The notes beneath the pieces are model-generated. The model saw nothing but the letters and a program-made list of their open reading frames with translations, was not told where the DNA came from and did no database searches. 64,000 nucleotides of DNA from Abditibacteriaceae bacterium (GTDB taxonomy: Bacteria > Armatimonadota > Abditibacteriia > Abditibacteriales > Abditibacteriaceae), in the NCBI GenBank assembly GCA_965277285.1, contig OZ255721.1, positions 1,984,001 to 2,048,000 on the forward strand, written 5' to 3'. Of the stretch, positions 19,492 to 30,597 are shown piece after piece. A program made the translations under genes and the position numbers. The first letter of the stretch is position 1; the number at the start of each line of letters is the position of its first letter.

Positions 19492-20082
19492 TTATTTGCC
19501 GCCGTAAACTTCGGGGCGTAGAATTCCAACGTAGGGGAGATTGCGATAGCGTTGGGCAAAATCCAAGCCGTAACCGACCACATATTCGTCTGGCACTTCA
19601 AAACCAACGTAATCGACATTGACTTTGGTCAGGCGGCGGCTCGGCTTGTCCAACATCGAGCACACTTTGACGCTCGCCACATTACGATGGCGCATTGCAT
19701 CCAGCAAATAATTGAGAGTCAAGCCCGTATCGACAATATCTTCAACGATAATGACGTGGCGACTTTCCACGCTTTCGTCCAAATCTTTGATGATGCGCAC
19801 CACGCCGGACGAGCGCGATTCCTTGCCGTAAGAAGAAATCGCCACATAATCCAAAAAGCACGGCTCCGTAATATGACGCAACAAATCTGCCGTAAAGATG
19901 GCGGCGCCCACCAAAACTCCTACGACAACCGGCTCTTTGCCTTCGTAGTCGCGCGAAATCTGCGCGCCGAGTGCTGCCACGCGAGCCGCCATTTGTTCAG
20001 CGGAAATCAGCACCTCCTGAATATCGGCTTCAGAAGGGCGCAAATCGGACGACAATTGTTCGGGGCGGAAAGGGTGAAGCAT
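19492..20082 (-). CDS. hpt: Hypoxanthine phosphoribosyltransferase
   Basis: IIVEDIVDTGLTL and VVGYGLD...YRNLPYVG motifs. Confidence 0.96.
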   Translation of the reverse strand: MLHPFRPEQLSSDLRPSEADIQEVLISAEQMAARVAALGAQISRDYEGKEPVVVGVLVGAAIFTADLLRHITEPCFLDYVAISSYGKESRSSGVVRIIKDLDESVESRHVIIVEDIVDTGLTLNYLLDAMRHRNVASVKVCSMLDKPSRRLTKVNVDYVGFEVPDEYVVGYGLDFAQRYRNLPYVGILRPEVYGGK

Positions 20083-20164
20083 ATCTTGAGGGTTGATAGG
20101 TGAGGGATAAAGGATAAAAGAAACGAGTACTCGAAAGTCCTACGCGTCCCTCCTCTTTTTCACC

Positions 20165-20395
20165 TCATCCCTGTTCATCGACGGGTTCGGAAATCAGTTT
20201 CAGAATAATCGTGCGCAGCAGTTTGACTTCGTGCTCCAGGTCATCGTGCTGTGCTGCCAAACGACGCAAAGCGTCTTCGGTCGAAGCGCCACCAGCGAAA
20301 ATATCCACAGGTTTCGCGCCATCGCTTTGCGCGCGCTCAATCTCTTCTTCGATAGCTTGACGAAACGCTAAAACAACATCGTCTTCATTTGCCAT
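20165..20395 (-). CDS. Small hypothetical coiled-coil protein
   Basis: ATG 20395 preceded by GGAGG; 76 aa. Confidence 0.6.
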   Translation of the reverse strand: MANEDDVVLAFRQAIEEEIERAQSDGAKPVDIFAGGASTEDALRRLAAQHDDLEHEVKLLRTIILKLISEPVDEQG

Positions 20396-20501
20396 AACAA
20401 CCTCCAGAAATGAGGAATATCGAGTACTCGAAAGTGCAACGGCATCGTTCGAGTCCGGCTTTTGCATTCATCGTTTCGTATTCATCATTCATCATTTTTG
20501 C

Positions 20502-22046
20502 CTATTCCCACTCAATCGTTGCGGGCGGTTTACTTGTCACGTCATAAACCACGCGATTAATTCCGGGAACTTCGTTCACGATGCGGTTGGAAATGCGCTC
20601 CAGAACTTCATACGGAATGCGCGCCCAATCGCTTGTCATGCCGTCTTCGGAAGTGACCGCACGAATCACAATCGGATGCGCATAAGTTCGCTGATCGCCC
20701 ATCACGCCAACGCTTTTCACGGTTGGCGTCAAGACCGCAAAACATTGCCAAATTTGGCGATACAATCCGGCGCGCTTCACTTCTTCAATCAAGATCGCAT
20801 CAGCTTCGCGCGCGATTTCCAGGCGTTCTTCGGTCACATCGCCGATGATGCGAATGGCCAAACCTGGCCCGGGAAACGGTTGTCGCCATACCATTTCCGA
20901 TGGCATTCCCAACTCTTCGCCCAAGACGCGCACTTCGTCTTTGAAAAGCGTGCGAAACGGCTCGATCAGCTTGAAATCCATGTCTTCGGGCAAGCCGCCG
21001 ACGTTGTGGTGCGTCTTGATTTTCGCCGCTTTGCCCGACCCACTTTCGATGACATCGGGATAGAGCGTTCCCTGTGCCAAAAACTTCATCGCGCCCAAGC
21101 GTTTCGTTTCGCGTTCAAAAGTCGCCACAAACTCGTTGCCGATTTTGATGCGTTTTTCTTCCGGCTTAGTGACGCCTTCCAACAGTTTCAGGAATCGAGT
21201 ACTCGCATCGACATATTCAAAATTGATGTCCTGATATTGCTGCGTAAAAGTCTTGCAAACCTGATCGGCTTCATTTTTCCGCAAAAACCCGTGATTGACG
21301 AACAAGCACGTCATCTGCTTTCCGACCGCGCGATGAATCAAAACCGCCGCCACCGCTGAATCGACGCCGCCCGAAAGCGCGCATAAAACCCGATCTTTGC
21401 CGACCATTTCGCGGATGCGCTCGGTTTCGGTCTCGACAAAGTTTTCCATCGTCCACGAACCGCTGCAGCCGCATTCGTGAAGAAAATTGCGGATGATCTC
21501 GATGCCCCACGGCGTATGCACGACTTCGGGATGAAACTGCACTCCAAACAACTTCTTCTCGACGTTGGCCATCGAAGCAATCGGGCAAGAAACTGTACTC
21601 GCCGTCCCGACAAAGCCCGGCGGCGCTTCCAAAACGTAATCGCCGTGACTCATCCAGCAAATCAAGCGTTCGTTCAAGCCATCATACAGCGGCGCGCCAC
21701 GTTCGACGTGCAATTCTGTTTTGCCGAATTCTTTCTTATCCGCAGGCGTGACGCGCCCGCCCATCATATGCGCCATCAATTGGTGGCCGTAGCAAATGCC
21801 CAAAATTGGCACGCCGGAGTGGAACAATCCGTCGGCGCATTGCGGCGCTTCGCCTTCATAAACGGAACTCGGCCCACCCGAAAAAATGACGCCTTTGGGG
21901 TTGTGCGCAAGGATTTTCTCCAGCGGCGCATCGTGCGGCATAATTTCGCAATAAACTTTGCAGGCGCGCACCTTCCGCGCGATCAACTGCGCGTACTGCG
22001 CCCCGAAATCGAGGACGATAATTGTTTCGTTAGAAATTGAACTCAT
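20502..22046 (-). CDS. guaA: GMP synthase (glutamine-hydrolysing)
   Basis: LDFGAQY, GICYGHQ, QFHPEV, SGGVDS and terminal KPPATIEWE motifs. Confidence 0.98.
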   Translation of the reverse strand: MSSISNETIIVLDFGAQYAQLIARKVRACKVYCEIMPHDAPLEKILAHNPKGVIFSGGPSSVYEGEAPQCADGLFHSGVPILGICYGHQLMAHMMGGRVTPADKKEFGKTELHVERGAPLYDGLNERLICWMSHGDYVLEAPPGFVGTASTVSCPIASMANVEKKLFGVQFHPEVVHTPWGIEIIRNFLHECGCSGSWTMENFVETETERIREMVGKDRVLCALSGGVDSAVAAVLIHRAVGKQMTCLFVNHGFLRKNEADQVCKTFTQQYQDINFEYVDASTRFLKLLEGVTKPEEKRIKIGNEFVATFERETKRLGAMKFLAQGTLYPDVIESGSGKAAKIKTHHNVGGLPEDMDFKLIEPFRTLFKDEVRVLGEELGMPSEMVWRQPFPGPGLAIRIIGDVTEERLEIAREADAILIEEVKRAGLYRQIWQCFAVLTPTVKSVGVMGDQRTYAHPIVIRAVTSEDGMTSDWARIPYEVLERISNRIVNEVPGINRVVYDVTSKPPATIEWE

Positions 22047-22360
22047 TGAGATTTGTGCTTTGATTGCGGCTTCTTATCTAACAAGTTTCCAATGACTTTT
22101 GTGCAAAGCAATAAAATTAAAAAAGGCGGAGAACACACGCATAAAATTGGTCCACAAAGTAAAAGACCAGCGACGAAGCCCAAAGGCAGACCAACAGTTA
22201 TAGATAACAATAAAGGAAAATGATCGTCTTTATACAAGACATACATCATTCCAGGTATACCGATAATTAAGCCCAATCCGAAACAAATCTTCATCACAAC
22301 TTCGGCAAGAAAGAACAAGATAAATCGTTCCAGCTTGTTTACGGCACTTCGGAAAGTCAC
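22043..22360 (-). CDS. AT-rich hypothetical membrane protein between guaB and guaA
   Basis: 105-aa hydrophobic ORF; 4-nt overlaps with both neighbours. Confidence 0.55.
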   Translation of the reverse strand: MTFRSAVNKLERFILFFLAEVVMKICFGLGLIIGIPGMMYVLYKDDHFPLLLSITVGLPLGFVAGLLLCGPILCVCSPPFLILLLCTKVIGNLLDKKPQSKHKSQ

Positions 22361-23514
22361 TTTCCCTGTCCAACGTGCTGATCGAACTGCTGCCGTTTGC
22401 CTTCGGTTTGCAACGCCGGAGCAATCAGCAACTCGGCGCCTTGCATTTCCTTGATTGTCAAAACGCCGCAGCTTCCCATTCCCAAACGCAACGCGCCGAC
22501 AAAGTTCATCGTGCCGTCGTCGCGTGTCGCCGGGCCATGGAAAATTTGTTCCAAAGGTGCGCCGCGACCGACTTTAATGCGTGTTCCGCGCGGAAGTCCG
22601 ACCGAACTCGTCGCCATGCCCCAATGATAACCGCGTCCTGGCGCATCTTTGGAACCGGCAATCGGCTGACCCATCATCACGCCGTCGGCGCCGCAGGCAA
22701 TCGCTTTGCAAACATCGCCGCCGTTGCGCAAACCGCCATCAGCAATAACCGGCACATAACGTCCGGTTTTCTTTTCGTAATCTTCGCGCGCCGCCGCCGC
22801 ATCCGCAATCGCCGTTCCCTGGGGCACGCCAAGCCCGAGTACGCGACGCGTTGTGCAAGCGGCACCTGGCCCGACGCCCACCAAAACCGCGGCGGCTCCC
22901 GCTTCCATCAAACTTAGGGTGCCGTCATAATTGCAGCAATTGCCGATGATAACCGGAACACCGGCATTGGCGCAGATTTGCGAAAGGTCGAAATCGCTGC
23001 CTTTGCTGGATTTGTATTTGGCAGTCGTCGCGCTGCTTTGAATCACAATCGCGTCGGCTCCCGCTTCGACGGCCACTTTCGAGTACTCGATGCCCAGCGG
23101 CGTGAACGACAGAACCGCGCGTCCGCCTTTTTCCTTAATTTCGCGCACGCGACGTGCGATCAATTCCGGCTTGACAGGTTCTTTATAAAGGCTTTGAATC
23201 AGCGGAATTACAGTTTCGACAGGCTCTTCGATGATTTGGGAAATGCGCGCGTTCGCGTCTTCGTAGCGCGTGAACAAACCTTCGCCGTTTAGAACCGCTA
23301 ACCCGCCGATCCGATTCATTTCAATTGCGAGCGCGACATCGACGGCGCCGTCCATCGCAGAAGCAAGAAAGGGAATCTCAAACTTGAGGTTGCCGATATG
23401 GAGCGAAATGTCGGTGTCGGCAGGATCGACGGCGATGGTGCCAGGCGCGAGCGCGAGTTCATCCAATCCGTAAGCGCGGCGCGCCACGCGGCGTCCGCCA
23501 ATTGTCTTTTCCAT
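22357..23514 (-). CDS. guaB: IMP dehydrogenase family protein (GuaB3-like, no CBS domains)
   Basis: [18 protein letters not shown] and VIADGG motifs; upstream of guaA. Confidence 0.9.
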   Translation of the reverse strand: MEKTIGGRRVARRAYGLDELALAPGTIAVDPADTDISLHIGNLKFEIPFLASAMDGAVDVALAIEMNRIGGLAVLNGEGLFTRYEDANARISQIIEEPVETVIPLIQSLYKEPVKPELIARRVREIKEKGGRAVLSFTPLGIEYSKVAVEAGADAIVIQSSATTAKYKSSKGSDFDLSQICANAGVPVIIGNCCNYDGTLSLMEAGAAAVLVGVGPGAACTTRRVLGLGVPQGTAIADAAAAREDYEKKTGRYVPVIADGGLRNGGDVCKAIACGADGVMMGQPIAGSKDAPGRGYHWGMATSSVGLPRGTRIKVGRGAPLEQIFHGPATRDDGTMNFVGALRLGMGSCGVLTIKEMQGAELLIAPALQTEGKRQQFDQHVGQGK

Positions 23515-23661
23515 GATTGATGTCTGAGTTGAAGTCGAAGCCCGCGAAGTCGGAAGAGGAGTTGTGGCTGAGGAATGTCGGTTGCAACGGGTTCATTCAA
23601 TTCTAAAACAACCACGCGCGAAAGTCAAACCCAATCGAGTACTCGATTGGGTTTTGTTGCC

Positions 23662-24780
23662 TCAGCCTTTCAAATTCTCGGGATTCAAGCCGTGCAAACT
23701 TTCCGGCACGAAGATGCCGTTGTCGCGGATCAGTTCGCCGTCGAAAAAAATCTGGCCGCCGCCGAAATCCGGGCGCTGAATGCAAACCATGTCCCAATGC
23801 ACTTCGCTGCGATTGCCGTTGTCAGCTTGCTCGTAGGCTTGGCCGGGCGTGAAATGAAAGCTGCCGGCAATTTTTTCGTCGAACAAAATGTCTTTCATCG
23901 GCTGCGTAATCCACGGATTGAACGCCAGGCTCCATTCGCCGATGTAGCGCGCGCCTTCGTCGCTGTCCAAAACTTCGTTCAGCTTGTCCGTGTTGCTGCT
24001 CGTCGCCTCGATAACTTTGCCGTCTTTGAGTTTCAAGCGAACGTTGTCATGTGTCACGCCGTGTTCAATCGTCGGCGTGTTGAAAGAGATTTCGCCGTTC
24101 ACGCTGTCGCGCACGGGCGCCGTGAAACATTCGCCATCGGGAATATTGTGCATGCCAAAGCACGGAATCACGCCGATGTCCTTGATCGAAAACTCCAGAT
24201 TGGTGCCCGGCCCAGTAATGAGTACTCGATCTGTGCGCTCCATACGTTCCTGCAAAGGTTCGCAGGCGCGCTGCATTTTCGAGTAGTCCATCGTGCAAAC
24301 GTCGAAGAAAAACTGCTCGAAGGCTTCGGTACTCATTTGCGCTTGCTGCGCCATCGAAGGCGTCGGAAAGCGCAGAACGCACCAGCGCGTTTTCTTGACG
24401 CGCTGTTCCATGTGAACCGGATGCGTCCAATGTTGCGCGAACAATTTCATGCGTTCGCCAGGAACATCACTCAATTCGGCGATATTGTGGCCGCCGCGAA
24501 CAGCAATGTAAACCGCGACTTGCTTCATCTGATGCAGCGCTGTGTCCGCGTTCAGTTTCATCGAATCTTCAGTGGCGCCCTGCAGAAGCGCGCGCGAAAC
24601 TGTCGATTGGCGAATGTTCACCATCGGGTTGCCGTTCGCTTCCTGCGCCGCACGCAGCAACGCGACCGTCATTTCCGGTGGCGTATCGAAGGCTTCGATG
24701 AGGATGTTTTCGCCTGGTTGCAGCTTGGTTGAATGTTGAATCAATGTCGTAGCGAGTTTGTCGAATCGTGGATCGTGCAT
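23662..24780 (-). CDS. Aminopeptidase, M29 family
   Basis: NIPDGECFTAP, DEGARYIGE, LFDEKIAGSFH and SEVHWDMV motifs. Confidence 0.93.
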   Translation of the reverse strand: MHDPRFDKLATTLIQHSTKLQPGENILIEAFDTPPEMTVALLRAAQEANGNPMVNIRQSTVSRALLQGATEDSMKLNADTALHQMKQVAVYIAVRGGHNIAELSDVPGERMKLFAQHWTHPVHMEQRVKKTRWCVLRFPTPSMAQQAQMSTEAFEQFFFDVCTMDYSKMQRACEPLQERMERTDRVLITGPGTNLEFSIKDIGVIPCFGMHNIPDGECFTAPVRDSVNGEISFNTPTIEHGVTHDNVRLKLKDGKVIEATSSNTDKLNEVLDSDEGARYIGEWSLAFNPWITQPMKDILFDEKIAGSFHFTPGQAYEQADNGNRSEVHWDMVCIQRPDFGGGQIFFDGELIRDNGIFVPESLHGLNPENLKG

Positions 24781-24798
24781 AGAGAATTTCCTGATGAC

Positions 24799-24886
24799 TA
24801 ACGAACCCTGAGCGTCAGCGACGGGCTTGCCTATCAATTTCGTATGGCTGTTACTTTAGCCCGTCGCTGACGCTGCGGGTTCGTTA
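24799..24886. repeat. REP-like inverted pair, family A, copy 5
   Basis: TAACGAACCCTGAGCGTCAGCGACGGGCT ... AGCCCGTCGCTGACGCTGCGGGTTCGTTA. Confidence 0.87.
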
Positions 24887-24892
24887 AGTGAC

Positions 24893-25303
24893 TTAATTAT
24901 TCGTCGAAATTGGAGCGCCACAATGCGGGCAATGCGCGTATTGACCGATATAAAACTTGCCGCAATGGTCACAGATTTTGCTTCGAGTACTCGATGGCGC
25001 GTCTTGCACACCGGGAATCGGGACGCGCGGGAACAAGTTATTTGACGCGTCGGATGAGTCCAATTGTGCGCCGTTTTTCAGCTTTGGCCGCAAGATGAAC
25101 CACATCGGCAAAACGACGATCAACGCCATTAACGTTCCAAAACCCCACCAGAACGCCGACCACGCATTGACGCCACGCGTGCGCGCATCATTGACGACCC
25201 ACAACGCGACCATCGCCGTGAGAAAAAGCGCGAACATCTGCATTTGCACTTGCGGGTCACGCATCGCTGGGTTGTTATAAGGATTCATAAAGTCGCTTTT
25301 CAT
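24893..25303 (-). CDS. Small membrane protein with a C-terminal zinc ribbon
   Basis: Two TM segments (WVVNDARTRG motif) and CDHC...CPHCG. Confidence 0.7.
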   Translation of the reverse strand: MKSDFMNPYNNPAMRDPQVQMQMFALFLTAMVALWVVNDARTRGVNAWSAFWWGFGTLMALIVVLPMWFILRPKLKNGAQLDSSDASNNLFPRVPIPGVQDAPSSTRSKICDHCGKFYIGQYAHCPHCGAPISTNN

Positions 25304-25680
25304 GTTAATTTATTCAGTCCGCAATGCGCCCACAAATACACGGTTTCGTGGCACTTGTCGCAACGATACCAACCGCAATTCATCTCGACTGACCGCGCAT
25401 CCAATTTCGTACCACAACTGCGACAATCGAACCCAAAATCCCAGCTTTGGTCGAATTGCGGCAGCGTCAGTTTGCCTTGATGGTGACGCAGATGACAATT
25501 GAAACACAGCAAAACGATGTTCTCGATTTCATCGCTGCCGCCTTCGCTTTGCGCCCGAACGTGATGATACTCGAAACCGCGATGATAGTTTTGTTGCGAT
25601 AACGGCTCGCGCCCGCAAACGCGACACCGCAAAGCATCGCGCAAGTTGGCCTGGAAACACACACGATTGGTTAAAGCCAT
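25300..25680 (-). CDS. HNH endonuclease with an extra Zn finger
   Basis: RDALRCRVCG...EYHHV...GG...NIVLLCFNCH followed by CRSC/CDKC. Confidence 0.85.
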   Translation of the reverse strand: MALTNRVCFQANLRDALRCRVCGREPLSQQNYHRGFEYHHVRAQSEGGSDEIENIVLLCFNCHLRHHQGKLTLPQFDQSWDFGFDCRSCGTKLDARSVEMNCGWYRCDKCHETVYLWAHCGLNKLT

Positions 25681-25699
25681 AACTTCGAGTACTCGATGG

Positions 25700-25802
25700 G
25701 GAAGTTGAACCACCAAGACACGAAGAACAGCAAGAGAAAAGGAAAGACTGCAAAGTCTTGAAGTTCGATTTCCCCTCTTCGTGTCTTGGTGGTTCAACTT
25801 CC
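25700..25802. repeat. Inverted repeat, 9-mer-periodic family D (AACCACCAAGACACGAAG)
   Basis: 27-bp perfect arms at 25700-25726 and 25776-25802; relatives at 28680-28767, 36266-36495 and 58102-58277. Confidence 0.82.
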
Positions 25803-25816
25803 GTATGCTTCTGTGA

Positions 25817-26815
25817 CTATTTCGCCAACTGTTTTTGTGCCAGCAACGCTGCGCCAACCGCCGCTTCAAATTGCGGACGAACGATTTTCCAGCCGGAAAG
25901 CGGCCAGTAATCGCGCTTCAGTTCGACCAATCGTTCACCGATTTGATAGCCGACCTGCCCGCGAAAATGATCGTCTTCAAATAAGCCACCGCGCAAAGCG
26001 ACCGCAATTTCTATCGCTTTTGGCGCTTCAAGACCGGCGTGTTCACGAGCGCGCGTCATCATATTGCGAGAAACGCAAACCACCGAATTCGCCAAATGAT
26101 GGACGGCTTTCTCGCGGATTTTTCCGGCGACCTGACCGCCGCCATTGGCGACATCGAAGACGACTTGGGATAGTTTCGCAATCTGCTCGCGCTTCAAAAC
26201 CGGAGAATAAACCAGTTGCACCAGTTGATCGCAATCGGCAACTTCCATCGTGTTAAGTACAGCCGACAGCAAGCGCGTTTGTGGCCCGCGACCATCTTGC
26301 GCGCGGCAAACCGCTTTCAAGGCTTCCTGACCAATCCAGTAGCCGCCGCCTTCATCGCCCAAAATCGGCCCCCAGCCATCGGCGAAAAACCGCTCGCCGC
26401 GTTGGTTCACAGCGAAACAAATCGCGCCGGTTCCCGCGCTGAGAATAATGCCTTCGCCGCCCGCGAACGCGCCGGAATGCGCGGCAGCCGCATCGTGATC
26501 GAGCACGAAAGGGCGTCCGTCCACAATTGGCATCAAATGACCACGCATTTTTCGTGCGTCGTTTTCGCGGCGCACGCCGGCCAAGCCAAAACCCCACGCT
26601 GCGATGTCGTATTTGCGCAGATTGCGCTCGATGCGACAAGCGTCGGCAAACGCCAGATGCGCTGCCTCGCCGCAATTTTGCGCCGCCACAGAAGCGCCCA
26701 CCGCATAATGATTGCTGGCGCCGCTTTGCCCTCGCCCGATAATTTGAAAGACATCGTTCACGATGACAGCTTTTGTAGCGCTGCCGCCGCCATCAATGCC
26801 CAGGAAAAATCGCAT
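25817..26815 (-). CDS. BadF/BcrAD-type sugar kinase (N-acetylglucosamine kinase-like)
   Basis: GIDGGGSAT, AGTG and GWGPILGDEGGGYWIG motifs. Confidence 0.88.
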   Translation of the reverse strand: MRFFLGIDGGGSATKAVIVNDVFQIIGRGQSGASNHYAVGASVAAQNCGEAAHLAFADACRIERNLRKYDIAAWGFGLAGVRRENDARKMRGHLMPIVDGRPFVLDHDAAAAHSGAFAGGEGIILSAGTGAICFAVNQRGERFFADGWGPILGDEGGGYWIGQEALKAVCRAQDGRGPQTRLLSAVLNTMEVADCDQLVQLVYSPVLKREQIAKLSQVVFDVANGGGQVAGKIREKAVHHLANSVVCVSRNMMTRAREHAGLEAPKAIEIAVALRGGLFEDDHFRGQVGYQIGERLVELKRDYWPLSGWKIVRPQFEAAVGAALLAQKQLAK

Positions 26816-26906
26816 GGTGAAAGTTTACGATTTTCGACTTAAAATTGTCTGTACGTTCCGGTTCTCAATCGAGTACTCGACTGAGAAACTGTGGAATAAT
26901 GGCTGT

Positions 26907-27446
26907 ATGTTAGGTTTGAATAGCCCTCAATGGAAGCAATTGCAGCATGCCTACGGTTCAGCGGAAGGTATTCCACGGTTGTTAGAGCAACTTCTCAGCG
27001 CGCCTGAAAAACCCGAAGATTACCTCACTGAACCCTGGTTTTCGCTGTGGAGCGCGCTTTGTCATCAAGGCGATGTGTATTCCGCTTTTTACGCCGCCGT
27101 GCCGCATATCGTGCAGAGTGCATCTTTGAAAGCGGCGAATGAGCGATTGGATGCCGTTCATCTGGCCATGTGCATTGAGGCAAGCCGCAACAGAAAAGCT
27201 GCGCCAAAAATGCCAGATGATCTCGCTGTCGCTTATTTCCAGGCGCTGCAACAATTGCGATTGCTGATTTGCGAAAGTCTGCTACTAAAACTCGCAACCG
27301 AGGACGAGGCCAAAATACTTCTGGGCGGCCTAGCCATCGTGGACGGTTTGCCAAACTTCGGCATGGCCGTTCTGGAACTGCCGGAACCGAACGCTTGTCC
27401 CAATTGCGAAACTTACGTGCCGCCGCTTGGTTACGATTTGGAATAA
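26907..27446 (+). CDS. Hypothetical protein
   Basis: WKQLQHAYGSA...LCHQGDVYSA resembles a conserved bacterial hypothetical family; fills the gap between neighbours. Confidence 0.7.
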   Translation: MLGLNSPQWKQLQHAYGSAEGIPRLLEQLLSAPEKPEDYLTEPWFSLWSALCHQGDVYSAFYAAVPHIVQSASLKAANERLDAVHLAMCIEASRNRKAAPKMPDDLAVAYFQALQQLRLLICESLLLKLATEDEAKILLGGLAIVDGLPNFGMAVLELPEPNACPNCETYVPPLGYDLE

Positions 27447-27473
27447 AAACGGGACGCTGATGCCGCAAACGCT

Positions 27474-28655
27474 TCATTTTCTCAATCCCAGCGCAACAAC
27501 CGTTTCAGCCATCACGCGCGCCGCGTCCGGTTTCGCCAGAGTTTTCGCAGCTTCTCCCATTTGACGCAATCGGTCGCGGTTGTGGAGCAATTCGAGTACT
27601 CGATCTCGCAAAAGCTCCGCGCCGTTTTCCTCTGCTAAAAGGCTTTGCTTGATGGAAACCGCGGCGCCTGCACGTTCGCACAAAGCGGCGTTGCGCGTTT
27701 GTTCATCGCCGCCCGTCGGGACAAGAGGAACATACAGCGCGGCTTTGCCCAACGCGCAGACTTCGTTGATGGTGCTCGCTCCAGCGCGGCTGACAACTAA
27801 ATCGCACAACGCGAAAACGTCGTTGATTTCCTGGCGGATAAAACGCTGCACGAAATAACGGCGGCGCAAAAAGGGCGATAATTGCGCTGCGGCATTTTCT
27901 AATCGGTCGAAATCTTGTTCGCTGTTCGCGGGTTGCTCGCCGCATTGATGAATGATTTTGCAACGTTCCAGCAGCGATTCGAGTACTCGTTCAATCGCGC
28001 GATTGATGACGCGCGCGCCCTGACTTCCGCCCGTCACATAAATCGTTGGAAGTGCATCGTCTTCATCTGCAAAACTGGCGAAATGTTTGGCACGTTCGGC
28101 ATCGCCATTGAACACTTGAGGCCGCACCGGATTTCCCGAGACAAACGCTTTGCCGCGATATTTCGGCGGAAGTTCATTCATGGCTTCCTCAAAAGACAGC
28201 GCAATTTTCGTAGCGAAACGGCTGGCGATGCGATTGGCCAACCCGACTTGAACGGTTTGCTCGTGAATCAAAATCGGCACGCGATTCATCCACGCCGCGA
28301 CGACCGGCGGAACCGCGACATAGCCGCCCGTCGCCAGAACGACATCGGGCGCGAACTTCCGTACTTCTCGCCGCGATTGCAACACGCCAACTGGCAAGCG
28401 AAAAGCGTCCGTCAAGTTTTCGCGCGAAATATAACGCCGCAATTTGCCGGTTTCCACGCCAACGAAACGCAAACCGGCAGCCTCGGCCTGCGCTTGTTCC
28501 AAGCCACGCTTGCCGCCCAGATAAAGATATTCTGGCGTCCATGCGCAATTCGGTTGCGCCGCCAGTTCGTCCAGGGTTTTGACAATCGCCAACGCCGGAC
28601 TGATATGCCCGCTGGAACCGCCGCCGGTAACTAAAATTTTGAGAGTTTTGGTCAA
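27474..28655 (-). CDS. murG: Lipid II GlcNAc transferase MurG
   Basis: TGGGSSGHISP, TGGYV, HEQ, GNPVR, GGSQGA and SRAGAST motifs; likely TTG start at 28655. Confidence 0.95.
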   Translation of the reverse strand: MTKTLKILVTGGGSSGHISPALAIVKTLDELAAQPNCAWTPEYLYLGGKRGLEQAQAEAAGLRFVGVETGKLRRYISRENLTDAFRLPVGVLQSRREVRKFAPDVVLATGGYVAVPPVVAAWMNRVPILIHEQTVQVGLANRIASRFATKIALSFEEAMNELPPKYRGKAFVSGNPVRPQVFNGDAERAKHFASFADEDDALPTIYVTGGSQGARVINRAIERVLESLLERCKIIHQCGEQPANSEQDFDRLENAAAQLSPFLRRRYFVQRFIRQEINDVFALCDLVVSRAGASTINEVCALGKAALYVPLVPTGGDEQTRNAALCERAGAAVSIKQSLLAEENGAELLRDRVLELLHNRDRLRQMGEAAKTLAKPDAARVMAETVVALGLRK

Positions 28656-28839
28656 ATCGAGTACTCGAAAGAAGGAAGTGAACCGCCAAGACGCCAAGAA
28701 AACAAAGATTCGGCTTCAAGTGCAAAAACCTTCTTATTCTTGGCGACCTTGGCGTCTTGGCGGTTTCAAAAATCAAACGCGAAAGCGCGCAGCGAAAAGA
28801 TACCACATTCCGCTGCGCGCTTCCCCTGTTTAAATTGTT

Positions 28840-30516
28840 TTAAGCTGTCAAACCAGCGCGTTGTGCGGGCTTTGTCGCAACACGCTTCGTCGTAGTTTTG
28901 CCTTCGGATGTCACGGTTTTGGCCACAGTTGTTCCCGTTTTTTCCGCCTGCGCCTGCCCGATGCGACGCGAAACGCCCAGCACCAATCCGATTCCCGTCA
29001 GCGTGCAAATTAAGCCCGAGCCACCATACGAAAGCAGTGGCAAGGGAATTCCCGTCACCGGCATGATGCCCGTCACGACAAACGCGTTGCCCAAAACCTG
29101 GATCGCCAACAACGTTCCCACGCCTGAGCACAACAACGCCTCGAACGATGTTTGTGCGCAGTGCCCGACATGAAGGCAAAAGAAAATCATCGCGCTATAG
29201 GTGAGCAGCAATACCAGCAAGCCGACCAAACCCCACTCTTCGCCGATCACCGCCATAATGAAATCGGTGTGCGGAGCGGGTAAATGCCCTTGCTTGAACA
29301 GCGATTCGCCCGGCCCGACGCCGAACACGCCGCCATGCACCAGAGCGCGCATACTTTGATCGACCTGATAATTGCCATCTTTGGCGCCCGCGCCCTTGGC
29401 CTTGTCGCCGCTGCCGAAATGGTTCGCAATTCTGTCCTGCTGATACGCTTTCAAAAACGGCACCGCGTGATGTTTGCACGCAAAAACTGTCACCAAACCG
29501 CACACCATCAACGGCACCAGAATCTTCGCAAAATGCTTGCGCGGCACATCGGCGTGCGCCGCGATCACAAAGGGCAAAACCGCTAACAACAACGCCGCCG
29601 ACAAATGTGGCTGCAAAAACACCAGTCCGATGAAAGGCAAAGCGAACGCGCCCGCCACCAACCACGGCCACATCGTCGTCTGCGCCGTCTTGGAAGCGCG
29701 GCTCCAGAAATCGGCCATCACGCCAATCAAGGCGACTTTGGCCAGTTCCGAAACCTGCTGCGGCGGCATCCCGGGAATTTTCAGCCAGCGACGCGTGCCG
29801 CTTCCCATATCGGTTCCCAGCGGCGTAAAATCAATCGCCAGCAAGCCGATCAGCGCGACCGCATACAAAACCCACACCGCAACGCGCATCTGCTTCGCGT
29901 TTAAGCGCGACACAAACAAAAACCACGCCAATCCCACCACGACAAACCCAATTTGACGCACGAAGAAAAAGTCCGCGTTATTATGATGATCCAGCGCCAA
30001 AGCCGTCGAAGCCGAATACACCAGCGGAATCGACAGCAGCGCCAATAAAATCGTCGCCACGAACAAGCCCCAGTGACACGCCGGACAGTTCGCCAACTTC
30101 TTCTGATAATTTTCTTCGCGCTTGGCCACTTGCTCGCGGCGCTGCGCCAAACGTTCTTCGCGCCGCGCCCTTTCCTGACGACGCAGTTCCAAACGCGCCG
30201 CGACTTCGGCCTCACGCGCTTCTTCGCGCTCACGATGCAAACGCTCGTCACGCGCCGCGCGAAAATCAATCACGTTACTAACAGGGTTTTCTGCTTGCTC
30301 GTGCGAAAGATTCGAGTACTCGAATTGGTCTTCGCGCGACGCGTTGCGATAACGCGGGAGATGGGCTGCCTCGCGGTGCGGATGGCGCAGGCGCGCAGCA
30401 GAAGAAGTTGCCGAACGATTGGAATTGGAACGATCTGAAGCGGAACGATTGGAAGATGGATGACGGTTCGTCGAACGGCCAAGCTGAGGGCGCGATGTTT
30501 TGAGTTGCGAGTTCAC
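28840..30516 (-). CDS. ftsW: SEDS peptidoglycan polymerase FtsW with a long N-terminal extension
   Basis: RRWL, SELAK, LPAPHTDFI and GIPLPLLSYGGS motifs; dcw context. Confidence 0.93.
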   Translation of the reverse strand: MNSQLKTSRPQLGRSTNRHPSSNRSASDRSNSNRSATSSAARLRHPHREAAHLPRYRNASREDQFEYSNLSHEQAENPVSNVIDFRAARDERLHREREEAREAEVAARLELRRQERARREERLAQRREQVAKREENYQKKLANCPACHWGLFVATILLALLSIPLVYSASTALALDHHNNADFFFVRQIGFVVVGLAWFLFVSRLNAKQMRVAVWVLYAVALIGLLAIDFTPLGTDMGSGTRRWLKIPGMPPQQVSELAKVALIGVMADFWSRASKTAQTTMWPWLVAGAFALPFIGLVFLQPHLSAALLLAVLPFVIAAHADVPRKHFAKILVPLMVCGLVTVFACKHHAVPFLKAYQQDRIANHFGSGDKAKGAGAKDGNYQVDQSMRALVHGGVFGVGPGESLFKQGHLPAPHTDFIMAVIGEEWGLVGLLVLLLTYSAMIFFCLHVGHCAQTSFEALLCSGVGTLLAIQVLGNAFVVTGIMPVTGIPLPLLSYGGSGLICTLTGIGLVLGVSRRIGQAQAEKTGTTVAKTVTSEGKTTTKRVATKPAQRAGLTA

Positions 30517-30597
30517 AAGTCGACTCCTTGCTGCGATTGAAACTGTGATGAAAGCGACATGACGGGAAGAGAGCTGCGTTGTATTGAGTGGTTAAGC

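Noticed and set aside
23575..24732. Long antisense or shadow ORFs (also 3360-4472, 36860-37870, 49032-49841, 58323-59471 and others)
   Set aside because: They overlap well-supported genes, have no recognisable motifs, and are expected in GC-rich coding DNA.
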